Source: Deltaproteobacteria bacterium (GTDB lineage Bacteria > Myxococcota > Kuafuiibacteriia > Kuafuiibacteriales > Kuafuiibacteriaceae). Taken from it: a stretch of 64,000 nucleotides of DNA. The stretch's first letter is position 1. Each line of letters opens with the position of its first letter. Below the pieces are notes generated by a model that ran no database searches, had not been told where the DNA came from, and saw only the letters and a program-made list of their open reading frames with translations. The DNA lies in assembly GCA_040218735.1 (NCBI GenBank), contig JAVJQW010000012.1, positions 224,001 through 288,000 on the forward strand, written 5' to 3'. Positions 46,415-56,667 of this stretch are shown here, piece by piece. The position numbers were made by a program, and so were the translations under genes.

Positions 46415-48316
46415 GTGCATAATCGAACCTTGGTCGACGCGCTCGAAGACGAACACCTGTCGCGCCTCGAAGCGCTGCTCGAGCTCGAGGCGCGCGCGGA
46501 GGCGGAACGCGCCAAGGCGCGCGCCGAGCGGCTCAGCCCCGCCGACGCCGAGCGCGTGGGGATCAGCCTCGTCGATCTCGTCGTCGAAGACGCCTACGGC
46601 GGCCTGGGTGGGCTCTATGTCCTCAAGCTGAAGAAACGCACCGTCGGGCGCGCCCTCCCCTGGACGCGCATCGGCGCGGGGGACCCCGTCGTGCTCACGC
46701 GCGAGGAGGACGGCGAGACCATCGCGCGCGGCGTGGTGTCGGTGCGGCGTACGAGTCACGTCGCGGTCGCGCTGTCCGAGCCGCCGGACGTCGAAGACGA
46801 CGAGCGGCTGCGCATCGATCTGTCGTCCGACGAGATCACGAGCAAGCGACAACGCGAAGCCCTGCGGCGCGTACGCACCGCCAAGGGCGACCGCCTCGCC
46901 GAGCTGCGCGGCGTGTTGATCGGCGAGGCCCCTCCGCTGTTCGAAGAGCTGGGAGAGGTCTCGGCGCCGCTCAACGACGCCCAGCTCCGCGCGGTCGCGC
47001 TCGCGATGTCGGCGCGCGACGTCGCGCTGATCCACGGGCCGCCCGGCACCGGGAAGACGCGCACCGTCGTCGCGCTGATCGTCGAGGCGGTTCGCCAAGG
47101 GCAGCGTGTGCTCGCGTGCGCGCCGAGCAACCTCGCGGTCGACAACATCGTGGAGCGCCTCGCCCCGCACGGGCTCGACGTCGTGCGCACCGGTCACCCC
47201 GCGCGCATCCTCCCCGCGGTGCACGACGCCGCACTCGCGTTCCGCGTCGAAAAACACGAGGACGTCCGCCTGTCGCGCAACCTCGTGAAAGACGCGCTGA
47301 AGCTCTACCGAAAGTCCGACAAGAAGACACGCACGCGGATGGCGCGACGCGAACGACAGGAGCTACGGCAAGAGGCGAAGCAGCTCATGAAGGAGGCGCG
47401 GCGCCTGGAGCGCGGCGCCGTGGAGCGGCTGCTCGCGAACGCGGACGTGGTGTGCTCGACGACGTCGATCGACGACCACCTCGTGCACGGTCAGCGCTTC
47501 GATCTCGCGGTCATCGACGAAGCCGCCCAGTCCACCGAACCCGGATCGTGGCCGCCCTTGCTCTACGCCGACCGCGCGGTGCTCGCGGGCGACCACCAGC
47601 AGCTCGCAGCGACGGTGATCTCCAGCGAAGCCGCGCGCGAGGGCTTCGGCGTGAGCCTCTTCGAGCGGACGATCGCGCGCCACCCGGAGGCCGCGGTTCG
47701 GCTCGCGCGGCAGTACCGGATGAACGAAGCGATCATGCGCTTCTCCTCCGACGCCCTCTACGACGGCGCGCTCGTCGCCGACGCGTCCGTCGCCGGCCAC
47801 CAACTGGTGGGCCTCCAAGGCGTCGCGGAGGACCTCCTCACCACGGCGCCGCTCCACATGATCGACACGGCGGGCGCGGGGTGGGCGGAGATGATCGAGC
47901 CGGACGGCGAGAGCCGCCTCAACGAAGACGAGGCGCAGCTCGCCGCGAAGAAGGTGCGCGCGTGGATCGAGCTGGGCGTAAGGGGCGAGGACATCGGCGT
48001 CATCACCCCCTACGCCGCGCAGGCGAGGCGCGTCCGCGAGCTGGTCGACGACGCCACCGTGGAGGTCGACACCGTCGACGGCTTTCAAGGGCGCGAGAAG
48101 GAGGCGATCCTGATCTCCCTCGTCCGCTCCAACGAGGATGGTGAGATCGGGTTCCTCGCCGACGTCCGCCGAATGAACGTCGCCCTCACCCGCGCGCGCC
48201 GCAAGCTCCTGGTGATCGGCGACAGCGCGACGCTCGCGGGCAACGACTTCTACGGCCGGCTCTTCGAATACATCGAAGAGAACGGCACCTACGCCACGGT
48301 CTGGGAAGAGCTCTGA
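46415..48316 (+). CDS. SF1 UPF1/IGHMBP2-like DNA/RNA helicase
   Basis: HGPPGTGKT, APSNLAVD, IDEAAQ, GDHQQL, QYRMN, VITPYAAQ, TVDGFQGREKE, RMNVALTRAR. Confidence 0.93.
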   Translation: MHNRTLVDALEDEHLSRLEALLELEARAEAERAKARAERLSPADAERVGISLVDLVVEDAYGGLGGLYVLKLKKRTVGRALPWTRIGAGDPVVLTREEDGETIARGVVSVRRTSHVAVALSEPPDVEDDERLRIDLSSDEITSKRQREALRRVRTAKGDRLAELRGVLIGEAPPLFEELGEVSAPLNDAQLRAVALAMSARDVALIHGPPGTGKTRTVVALIVEAVRQGQRVLACAPSNLAVDNIVERLAPHGLDVVRTGHPARILPAVHDAALAFRVEKHEDVRLSRNLVKDALKLYRKSDKKTRTRMARRERQELRQEAKQLMKEARRLERGAVERLLANADVVCSTTSIDDHLVHGQRFDLAVIDEAAQSTEPGSWPPLLYADRAVLAGDHQQLAATVISSEAAREGFGVSLFERTIARHPEAAVRLARQYRMNEAIMRFSSDALYDGALVADASVAGHQLVGLQGVAEDLLTTAPLHMIDTAGAGWAEMIEPDGESRLNEDEAQLAAKKVRAWIELGVRGEDIGVITPYAAQARRVRELVDDATVEVDTVDGFQGREKEAILISLVRSNEDGEIGFLADVRRMNVALTRARRKLLVIGDSATLAGNDFYGRLFEYIEENGTYATVWEEL

Positions 48317-49215
48317 CGCGGGTGTCGCCGCCGGAGCAGCACCATGCTGCGCCCCGCGCGGTGCCTCAACACCAACGGCACCGCGAGGAACGGCGAGAGG
48401 CCCGCGAAGAAGAGGCACGTGTACAGCACGTGGATCTGCTGCGGCTGGTCCGGGAAGAAGAAGTGGAACAGCAGCAGCGCGATGCCGGTGTTGCGCACCA
48501 CGACCTCGACGGAGAGCGCGAGGTTGTCGTCGTCGTAGCGCCCCGCGAGGCGCGCGACCTGCGGCGTGATGAGCGCGAGCAGGACGCCGAACCCGACGAT
48601 CGTCAGGGGCGGCCCGAAGCCGTACGCGGCGACCTCGATGCGCCCGCTCCCGAGTGAGCTCACGACGAGCAGTGCGATGATGGCGACGCTCGCGCGGATC
48701 GACCACTGCGAGAACGCCAGCGCTCGCGTCGGCGCGAAGCGCAGCACCGCCATCCCGACCAGCAGCGGCACGAGCAGGAACGCGACGATGTCACGAACGA
48801 TCCGTGCGTACGGGAACGCAAAGTCCGGCGGGAGGTGCTCCTGCGCCAACAGGCCGAGGACCACCGGGACCGTCGCCATGCAGAGGAACGTCGTCGTGGT
48901 CGTCACCGCGATCGACAGCGGCACACTCCCCTTGCCGAGGTACGTGAAGAGGTTCGACATCGCGCCGCCGGGGACCGCCGCGACGAGGATGAGCCCGACC
49001 GCCCAGCCGTCGGAGAGACCGAGCACCGCGATGTACGCCGCGGCGAGCGCCGGCACGACGAGCAGTTGGAGCCCGAGCCCGAGCGCGAGACCTTTGGGGT
49101 GTTGCAGGACGAGCGCGAAGTCGGCGACGCGAAGGGTCGCGCCCATCCCGACCATCGCCAGCAGGAGCTGCACCGGGATGAGGTACGCCTCCGCGAAGAC
49201 CTGAAAGCTCTGCAC
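48289..49215 (-). CDS. Bile acid:sodium symporter family protein
   Basis: MVGMGATL, PGGAMSNLFTY, EVVVRNTG, multiple TM helices. Confidence 0.9.
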   Translation of the reverse strand: MQSFQVFAEAYLIPVQLLLAMVGMGATLRVADFALVLQHPKGLALGLGLQLLVVPALAAAYIAVLGLSDGWAVGLILVAAVPGGAMSNLFTYLGKGSVPLSIAVTTTTTFLCMATVPVVLGLLAQEHLPPDFAFPYARIVRDIVAFLLVPLLVGMAVLRFAPTRALAFSQWSIRASVAIIALLVVSSLGSGRIEVAAYGFGPPLTIVGFGVLLALITPQVARLAGRYDDDNLALSVEVVVRNTGIALLLFHFFFPDQPQQIHVLYTCLFFAGLSPFLAVPLVLRHRAGRSMVLLRRRHPRQSSSQTVA

Positions 49216-49219
49216 GCGT

Positions 49220-49582
49220 TCAGTCGTCGTCGTCGTCGTCGTCGGATTCGGCGGCGGCTTCCGCGGCGGCGGAGATCATCTCCACGGCCTCCCGGAAGTT
49301 CTCCTCGACCACCGTCGCGGCGAAGTCCCGGGCTTCGAGGTCGGCTTGTTTGTCGGTCGCGAGCTTCTTGGCCTGGCTCCACAGCGTGCGGAGCTGGGAG
49401 TCGACGGACTCGTTCAACCCGAACTCGTCGCGGAGCCGCTGCTGCCAGTTGGCCCCCGCCTGGGCCCCAAACGCGTGTTTCATCAGGATCTGCGTCTTGG
49501 CCTGATCGGGCGTCGGGAGCTCGCCGATCGCCGCGAGCACGTAGTTTTCGAGGAGCAGGACTATGGGTTTCTTCGCGCTCAA
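49220..49582 (-). CDS. Hypothetical helical protein with acidic tail (start uncertain)
   Basis: KPIVLLLENYVLAAIGEL...VEENF, poly-Asp C-terminus; TTG 49582 preceded by GAGG. Confidence 0.65.
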   Translation of the reverse strand: MSAKKPIVLLLENYVLAAIGELPTPDQAKTQILMKHAFGAQAGANWQQRLRDEFGLNESVDSQLRTLWSQAKKLATDKQADLEARDFAATVVEENFREAVEMISAAAEAAAESDDDDDDD

Positions 49583-49623
49583 GCTCGACCTCGGACCGTG
49601 AGTGAATACTATCATCGCGACCC

Positions 49624-50925
49624 GTGCGCCGCCCGTTTTCTGTCCTCACGCCGTCTCTCGCCATCGCGGCGACGCTCGCCGTGCTGGGCCCCCGGACCGC
49701 CGAGGCCGGCGACGGGTTCCTCGCCGTCGGGCGCTTCGACGAACACGGTAAGGCGGTCGCCGGTCACGGCCGCGTCCTCGCCCGGGCGCTCCGCGCCGAG
49801 CTGTCGCAATCCGGAGCCTTCGATCTCGTCGCCGACGACCGCGCCAAACGAGCGGCGCTCGATCGCATCAAGAAGGACCTCTCCCGAATCACGGACGACG
49901 CGCACTGGATCGAGGTCGGCAACGCCGTCGGCGCGACGCACCTCCTGCTCGGCGAAGTCCAAGAGGACCGCAACACCTGCCTCGCGTTCGCGCAGCTCAT
50001 CCACCTCGAGAGCCAGAAGACCAAGGTCACGCGGCCCGAGTACTATGACTGCACGCGCTCCGACCTCGTGCAGGTCGCGGGGGACCTGTCGATGCAGCTC
50101 GTCGGTCGTCGCGCGTCGAAGCCGACCAACCGCTCCCACCTCGTCGCGCGGCAACGCCCGGTGCGGATCGCGATGCGCGACAAGACCGCCGTCGTCGACG
50201 ACAAGCGCTACACCTTCTTCGAAGGGGAGATCGTCCCGGACGATCGACGCCCGACGGAAACGGCACCCCCCGCGAGCCCGCCGCCGGCCGCCCCGACGGC
50301 ACCGCCCGCTCCCCCGACTGCACCACCGCCCCAGGACCACCAGTCCTACTCCCCTGCGCCCGAGGCCTGGCGACCGCCCTTCGATTTGAAGCGCTGGCCC
50401 GGCCTCGACGTGCCCGAGGACGGCTATACGATCCACCACCTCGCGCGGCTCGTCTCCGCGAAGCGCGAGATGTTCGCGAGCGCGCTCCTCGTGCTCCCGC
50501 TGGTGCTCGTGTTGATCGGCGGCATCGTCACGCGCGTCGAGGAACGCATCGGGCACGCCGTTCTGCGCTACGGCTTCTTCATCTCGGTGCTCGCCGTGTC
50601 GCTCGAGCTCGCAACCGTCGCCTTCTATCAGTGGATCCTCGGCCGCAGCATCCTGCTCGACGCGGACCCGATCCTGCTCGCCGCCCCGCCGGTGAGCGTC
50701 GCGCTGTGGTGGATCGGCGTGCGGCTGGTACGCGCGAAGGACGCCATCGGCCTGCTCCGCCAGATCCCCTGGACGATCATCTCCGCCGCATACTTCCTCG
50801 GGCTGCTCCTGGTCGCGTCGCAGACGCCGCTCCCGCTGTACGCGATCGGCGGCGCCGTCGTGGTGTTCTTCGTGATGATGCGCGTCCTGTTCGCGCTCCG
50901 ACGCCGACGCGCCGACGCCACCTGA
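49624..50925 (+). CDS. Hypothetical exported and membrane protein (CsgG/TolB-N-like domain, Pro linker, multi-TM C-terminus)
   Basis: Signal peptide, EVGNAVGATHLLLGEV pattern, PPA-rich linker, five hydrophobic segments. Confidence 0.65.
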   Translation: MRRPFSVLTPSLAIAATLAVLGPRTAEAGDGFLAVGRFDEHGKAVAGHGRVLARALRAELSQSGAFDLVADDRAKRAALDRIKKDLSRITDDAHWIEVGNAVGATHLLLGEVQEDRNTCLAFAQLIHLESQKTKVTRPEYYDCTRSDLVQVAGDLSMQLVGRRASKPTNRSHLVARQRPVRIAMRDKTAVVDDKRYTFFEGEIVPDDRRPTETAPPASPPPAAPTAPPAPPTAPPPQDHQSYSPAPEAWRPPFDLKRWPGLDVPEDGYTIHHLARLVSAKREMFASALLVLPLVLVLIGGIVTRVEERIGHAVLRYGFFISVLAVSLELATVAFYQWILGRSILLDADPILLAAPPVSVALWWIGVRLVRAKDAIGLLRQIPWTIISAAYFLGLLLVASQTPLPLYAIGGAVVVFFVMMRVLFALRRRRADAT

Positions 50926-51047
50926 GTGGGCAGCGCTGAGCCGCCCGCACCGCCGAGGGTGCAGACCTCGACCGGACTGCACACCCTCCGCGCCCCCTTC
51001 CATCGCGACGGTGACTGGTACGCGGTGTGCTCCATGAGCGCACCGAG

Positions 51048-52263
51048 ATGACCATCACCGTCGACAACTACCACGCCCACGACGTCCACGAGCCGCAGCA
51101 CGATGACGACCCGATCGTCGTCGACACCCCCGAAGCGCCGACGCCGTGGGAGCCGGACTTCGTGCCCGTCCCGCAGGCCTTCCTCGTCGGGCGCGCCGAG
51201 CCCGGGCCGCCGGTCGGCCTCCTCGCCGAGAGCGCCGAGAACCCGCCGCCGCCCGGCGAGCTGGAAGGAACGACCCGCGTCACCGAGACGGCCGTCGAAC
51301 ACTTCGACGACTGGGACGCCAACGGCGATGGCCGCCTCAGCAAGGACGAGCTCGAGAGCGCGATGGCCGATCCGACCTACACGGACGAGGCGGCCGCCAC
51401 CCTCGTCGCGCTCTACCGCGCGTTCGACGATCTGAAGAAGGCGAGCAACGACCAGTGGGGCCCGGAGACCGGCGTCTCCCGCAGCGACCTCGCCGCGCTC
51501 GAAGCCGCGCAGGCGGCGGAGCAGGACATCGGCTTCGCGCACTACTGGTACGACGACGCCCTCGCGACCATCGACGGGACGATCGACGACGTCTTCGCAC
51601 CCGGCGGCCCCGACGGCCTGGCGCTAACGCAGGGCGGCTACGGAAACTGCTTCTTCCACGCGGGCCTCGCCGGACTCGCCGAATCACGCCCCGACGTCAT
51701 CGTGGACATGATCGAGGAAAACGAAGACGGCACGTACACCGTCACGTTCCCCGGACGGCGAACCCATCACCATCGATGCGCCGACCGACGCCGAGATCGC
51801 GATGGGCGGCGGCGCGGGCGCCAACGGGCTCTGGGTGGCGATCCTCGAGAAGGCGTACCTCGAAGATCGCGGCTGGGCCTCGGAGCTCGGCACCGCGGGG
51901 ACCGGCGTCAGCTACGTCACCGGCAACGCGTCGTCCTTCCACGTCGTCCCGTGGATGAGCGAAGACACCCTCGTCGAGAGCCTCGAAGAGACGCTCGCCG
52001 ACGGCGGCGTCATCGTCGCGGGCGTGGGCGGCGGCCCCTTCGGCACCGACGAGATCCCCGACCAACACGCCTACACCGTGCTGGGTTACGACGCGGAGAC
52101 CGGCCTCATCACGCTGCGCAACCCGTGGGGCCGCACCGAGACGACCGACGACGACGGCCAACCGCTCGACGGCGTCGACGACGGCGTCTTCACCGTCACC
52201 GTCGAGGAGTTCATGGAGCTGTTCGACACCGTCGCGTTCGAGAACGTCCCGGACGAGGAGTGA
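51048..52263 (+). pseudogene. EF-hand plus calpain-like (C2) cysteine protease split by a +1 frameshift
   Basis: Frame 1: DWDANGDGRLSKDEL, QGGYGNC; other frame: WVAILEKAY, HAYTVLG, LRNPWG; removing one C from CCCC at 51749-51752 restores TVTFP-DGEPITIDAP. Confidence 0.8.
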
Positions 52264-55200
52264 TCAACGACGGCGGCGCAACAGAGCGAGGCCCAGCAAC
52301 ACGACGAACGAAACGAACGCACCGCCGCGCGGGCCGCGCTCCGACTGGCAGCTGCAGCCGCCGTCCGCTTCGACCGTCTGGACGACGTGCACCGCGAGCG
52401 GCGCGCGCGCCTTGGCGCCGTTGCCGTCGGTGGCCTCGGCGATGAATGCCGCGGAGCCGACCGTCGTGGGCGTTCCACTCAGTAGACCCTCGGCCGACAG
52501 CGTGATGCCCTCGGGGAGGTCGCCGGAGAGGATCGCCCAGCTGTACGGCGGGCGCCCGCCCTGCGCGCGGAGCGTAGCTTCGTAGGCAACGCCGACCGTG
52601 GCGTCGCCGAGCGTCGTCGTCGAGACACGCACGCCGCCCTCGGCCGTGACCTCCAGCGTAAAGCCGGACGTGTCGACGCGACCCTCGGCGTCCGCGACCT
52701 GCACCACGAACGGGAACCGCCCCGCCGCCGGCGGCACGCCGCACAGCTCACCGTCCTCGGAGAGCTCGAGGCCCCCCGCGTCGCCGTCGACGATCGACCA
52801 GCGGTACGGCGTCACGCCGCCGGTCGCGAACATGCGCACTTCACACAGCTCGATCCCGATCATCGCCACGGGGAGCGGCGTCTGCGTGATGGCGACGCGA
52901 CGCTGCGGATCGATGATCGTGAGCAAGACGTCCGCGGTGGCGGTGTCCCCGGCGGCGTCCCGGACCTGCACCGTCAACGTCTCGTCGCCCGCGAGCTCCG
53001 GCGTCCCCGTGACCCGGCCGTCGGGGCGCACGGTGAGGCCGCCCGGCACGGAGCGCACCGACGTCCACGTGTACGGCTCGATACCGCCGACCGCGAGGAG
53101 CTGCGCGTCGTACTGCGCGCCGAGCGCCGCCGGAGGGAGCGAGCGCGACGCGACCATGACCTCGACCGTCGCCGCGCGCACCTGGAGCGTGAAGGACCGC
53201 TCCGCAACCGCCACGCCGCTCGCGACGCGCACCGTGAACGTGAACGCACCCTCGGTGGTCGCGGTCCCGGAGAGCAGCCCGCTGATCGCGTCGAGCTGCA
53301 GCCCCGGCGGCAGTGTCCCGCTCGCGATCGTCCAGTTGTGACCGACCGTTCCACCCACCGCGTACAGACCCGCCTCGTACGGGACGCCGAGCCGCGCGGC
53401 CGGGAGCGCCTCCGTGAAGATGGCGAGCGCCGCGGGGTAGATCGGGATCTGCACCGGCACCGACGCGTTGTTGTCGTAGTCGATCTCCTGGAGCGTGCGG
53501 GTGTGGTTCGGGACCAACGCCACGTAGTAGGTGCCGGCGGGCACCGTCGCGGGGATGTCGATCACGTCGATGCCGTAGTCCTGCGCCCCCTCCGCGAGAG
53601 AGCTCGTCGCCGTGCCGAGCAGGATGTCGGTGGCGTCGACCGTCGCGTCCGTCGAGGCGAAGTAGCCGTAGTCGAACGTCGGCGCGTCCGCGACGCCGAT
53701 GTTCTCGAGGAGGCGCGTCACCGCGAACGACTCCCCCGCCGCCGCGGCCGTCGCCGTGGTGATGATGCGCGCGGTCAGGTCCGGGACGAGGTTCGACACG
53801 AGCACCATCCCCGGGACGAGGATCGTGTTGTCGCCTTCCTCGGTCTCGGCGACGGCGTCGTCGAAGTCCACGATCACGCCGAGCTGGACGGCGCCGGTCG
53901 CGGTCCCCGCGGGGAGCACGATGTTGTCGGTGAACGTCGCCGTGGACAGCGCCGGAACCGTCACCGGCGACGAGACGAACACCTGCGTCCCGCTCGCGAG
54001 GATGCCGTTGCGCGTGATGTAGTACGCGTAGCGGAACGCGCCCGCGTCGGCTTCGTCGGTGTTGATGACGTCGAGGGTCACCGCGTAGGGGCGGCCGACG
54101 AACGCGACGGGCCCCGCCTGCTGGATGGCGGGCCGGAGGTTCGCGCCCAGCACTTCGAGTCGTGAGAAGTTCGAGCGCGCGTTGTTCGTCTCGCTGCGCT
54201 CGTCGATCAGGTTGTCCGGATCGACCTCGACGTAGACGTAGTAACGATCCGGCGGCGCCATGATCGGCGGCGTCGTGAACGTGATCGGGATGTCGCCGAT
54301 CCCGTTCGCCATCACCGTGGTGCGCCCCAGCTCGAAGTCGCTCGGCTCGATCGTCGAATCCTCGGTCGCCACGATCCGGTAGGTGAGCGGCCCCGTGTAC
54401 GGCGAGCCGTCGATCGAGAGCGTCGCGTCCACGGTGATCGTCTCCCCCGGCGAGACCGTACGGGGGTCGAAGCTCGGGCTCGGGGTCGTCACGAAGATGT
54501 CCGGCCCGCTCTCCACCTCGTCGTCGTCCGCGAGCACGTTGTCATTCTCGTTGGCCTCCACGATCACCGCGCCCGGATCCACCTGCGCGATGACGTAGTG
54601 ATCGACGGGCGGCACCGCCGGGAAACCGGGCGTGCGGGTATCGTCGAGCGACGGCTGACCGGTGAGGTTCACGGTGTACGTCCCGAGGAGGACGTCGCTC
54701 GCGTCGAGGGTCTGGTCCGTCGACAGCAGCAGACGATAGCTGAGCGCTCCGGAGTAGGGGGCGCCGACGGAGCCGAGGCTCGTCGTCACCGAGAAGGGCT
54801 GGCCGACCGTCGCCTCCGCGTCGGCGTCGATGTCGAGCACCGTAAAGTTCGGTCCGGCGGCGAAGGTGTCGACGCCGACGAAGCGGTTGTCGAAGTCGCG
54901 GATCTCCGGGATCACGTTCGCGGGATCCAGCGTAAACAGCGGGTACCACTGCCCCGGGGCGAGCTGGGGCAGCGTGATGGTGACGTCCACCGACTCGGAC
55001 GCGACGCCGTTCAGCGTGACGGTCGTGTTGCCGAGCAGCGGATCGTTCACGTCGAAGATCGGGTCGACGGAGGCCTGCACGCGGACCGCGAGCGGCCCGG
55101 CGTACGCGACGCCCGCGTTGTCGATCGCGAGGGAGAAGGTCATCGGCGCACCGGCCGTTCCGCCGGGCGGCACGACCACGGACGACGCCGAGAAGTCGGG

Positions 55201-56622
55201 CCCGCTCGGGAAGGTCGCCGCGCCGATGAAGACGCCGTTGGTCTCGTCGTACTCGACGACCTGGTTCAGCGGGTCGACGATCGCGACGCCGTAGTAGTCC
55301 CCCGGCGGCAGCGCGGGGACGGTGATCGCGAGAGGGAACATCTCACTCGGCGCGCCGGTGGCGTTGACCGTGAACGTGTCGAGGAGCGGGTCCTGCGCGG
55401 GGACGTAGTTGGTGTCGGTGCTCGCGCGCAGCTCGATCCCGACGGGGCCTGCGTAGGGCACACCGAGGTTCTCGAGCTCGACGGTGAAGTTGATCGTGTC
55501 GCCGGGGTTGCCACCCGTCGCCGCGACGACGGACGCGGCGGTCAGCTCGTACGCGGTGGCGAAGCGATCCGCGGCCACCGCGACGTTGTTGTTCTCCTCG
55601 GCCTCCGCGACGCCGTCGTTCGAGTCGACCGCGAGCATCAAGTAGTAGTTCCCGGGCGCCGTGCCGCCGGGGACGGTGACCGTCGCGGTGAGCGTCGCGG
55701 AGCCCCCGGCGACGATGCTCGGGACGACGAAGCTGCCGACGTCGATGTCCTGTGCGTCGCGCACGGTGTCGTTGGAGAGGTAGAGCGTCGAGGTGACGTT
55801 GGCGACGTCCTGCGTGCCGACGTTTTCCAGCGTCACCGACCCCATCGCCGTGCCGCCCGGGAGGGCGCCGCGCGGGAACCCGCCCACCGCGCCGAACAGC
55901 TCCGGTCCGAGCGCTTGTTCGACGGAGACCATGCGGTTGTGGAGGCTCGTGTAGTCGGGGACGTTGCAGTACGGGGAGGCGGTGGCGCACGGGCGGAAGG
56001 CGTCGTTCGGCTCGCCGTCGTTGTTGGGGCCTTCGTAGCCGACGGTCGCGCTGTAGTTTTCGAGCGGTGTCGCGAGGCCGCCGTAGTGGACCTCGAAGCG
56101 ACCGCTCGCCCCCTCGTAGAGCCGGACCTGCAGGGCGATGTCGGCTTGGCCGCTGAACGCGTAGTGCTCGAGGTCGCGCACCTCGACGACGAAGACGCGG
56201 TTCGGCGCGGCGCCGACGACGCCGTAGTCGGCGTAGCCGGACGTGCCGGGGAGGATCATGTCGTCCCACCACATGTAGATCGTGTTGTTGCGGCTCGACG
56301 CGGAGTTGATCGCGTAGTTCGTGTAGCTCGGTGCGTTGGTGCCGAAGTGCAGGAAGCCGTTCACGCCGATGCGCGCCTCGGTCATGGGTTGGCCGAGGTA
56401 GTTGAAGGTGAACGGGAGGGTCAGCGTCTCGACGCCCTCGTCGCGCGACGAGAAGGTGATGGGGGTGACGTTCTGGATGCCGGGTATCGTGTCGATCGGC
56501 GTGAAGACACTCGCCTGCTCCGCCGTGAGGAACACCTGCGCCGAGGCGGATCCCAGCGGCGCCGACGCGCCGAGTGTGATGAGTAGCGCCGAGAGCGCCC
56601 GTCGATTCCCCACGGAATTCAC
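52264..56622 (-). CDS. Large cell-surface protein: nidogen-like N-domain, CARDB-like repeats, putative Ig (He_PIG) repeats, MYXO-CTERM anchor
   Basis: LPFTFNY...NGF; repeated ExxExNN; repeated GGxxPYxW...LPxGL...GTP; C-terminal GGCSC...LLGLALLRRRR. Confidence 0.88.
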   Translation of the reverse strand: MNSVGNRRALSALLITLGASAPLGSASAQVFLTAEQASVFTPIDTIPGIQNVTPITFSSRDEGVETLTLPFTFNYLGQPMTEARIGVNGFLHFGTNAPSYTNYAINSASSRNNTIYMWWDDMILPGTSGYADYGVVGAAPNRVFVVEVRDLEHYAFSGQADIALQVRLYEGASGRFEVHYGGLATPLENYSATVGYEGPNNDGEPNDAFRPCATASPYCNVPDYTSLHNRMVSVEQALGPELFGAVGGFPRGALPGGTAMGSVTLENVGTQDVANVTSTLYLSNDTVRDAQDIDVGSFVVPSIVAGGSATLTATVTVPGGTAPGNYYLMLAVDSNDGVAEAEENNNVAVAADRFATAYELTAASVVAATGGNPGDTINFTVELENLGVPYAGPVGIELRASTDTNYVPAQDPLLDTFTVNATGAPSEMFPLAITVPALPPGDYYGVAIVDPLNQVVEYDETNGVFIGAATFPSGPDFSASSVVVPPGGTAGAPMTFSLAIDNAGVAYAGPLAVRVQASVDPIFDVNDPLLGNTTVTLNGVASESVDVTITLPQLAPGQWYPLFTLDPANVIPEIRDFDNRFVGVDTFAAGPNFTVLDIDADAEATVGQPFSVTTSLGSVGAPYSGALSYRLLLSTDQTLDASDVLLGTYTVNLTGQPSLDDTRTPGFPAVPPVDHYVIAQVDPGAVIVEANENDNVLADDDEVESGPDIFVTTPSPSFDPRTVSPGETITVDATLSIDGSPYTGPLTYRIVATEDSTIEPSDFELGRTTVMANGIGDIPITFTTPPIMAPPDRYYVYVEVDPDNLIDERSETNNARSNFSRLEVLGANLRPAIQQAGPVAFVGRPYAVTLDVINTDEADAGAFRYAYYITRNGILASGTQVFVSSPVTVPALSTATFTDNIVLPAGTATGAVQLGVIVDFDDAVAETEEGDNTILVPGMVLVSNLVPDLTARIITTATAAAAGESFAVTRLLENIGVADAPTFDYGYFASTDATVDATDILLGTATSSLAEGAQDYGIDVIDIPATVPAGTYYVALVPNHTRTLQEIDYDNNASVPVQIPIYPAALAIFTEALPAARLGVPYEAGLYAVGGTVGHNWTIASGTLPPGLQLDAISGLLSGTATTEGAFTFTVRVASGVAVAERSFTLQVRAATVEVMVASRSLPPAALGAQYDAQLLAVGGIEPYTWTSVRSVPGGLTVRPDGRVTGTPELAGDETLTVQVRDAAGDTATADVLLTIIDPQRRVAITQTPLPVAMIGIELCEVRMFATGGVTPYRWSIVDGDAGGLELSEDGELCGVPPAAGRFPFVVQVADAEGRVDTSGFTLEVTAEGGVRVSTTTLGDATVGVAYEATLRAQGGRPPYSWAILSGDLPEGITLSAEGLLSGTPTTVGSAAFIAEATDGNGAKARAPLAVHVVQTVEADGGCSCQSERGPRGGAFVSFVVLLGLALLRRRR

Positions 56623-56667
56623 ACTAGCGCAGGCACCCGACAGGCCTCCAGCGCGTTCGACCGTGAT

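Noticed and set aside
46415-48316. Helicase plus methyltransferase as a defence system
   Set aside because: The methyltransferase is a small-molecule class I type without DNA-MTase motifs, it is divergently transcribed, and no nuclease is nearby
48289-48316. Short 3' overlaps of convergent genes (also 30014-30026, 59374-59392, 62671-62683)
   Set aside because: Common in compact high-GC genomes; no specific regulatory signal visible
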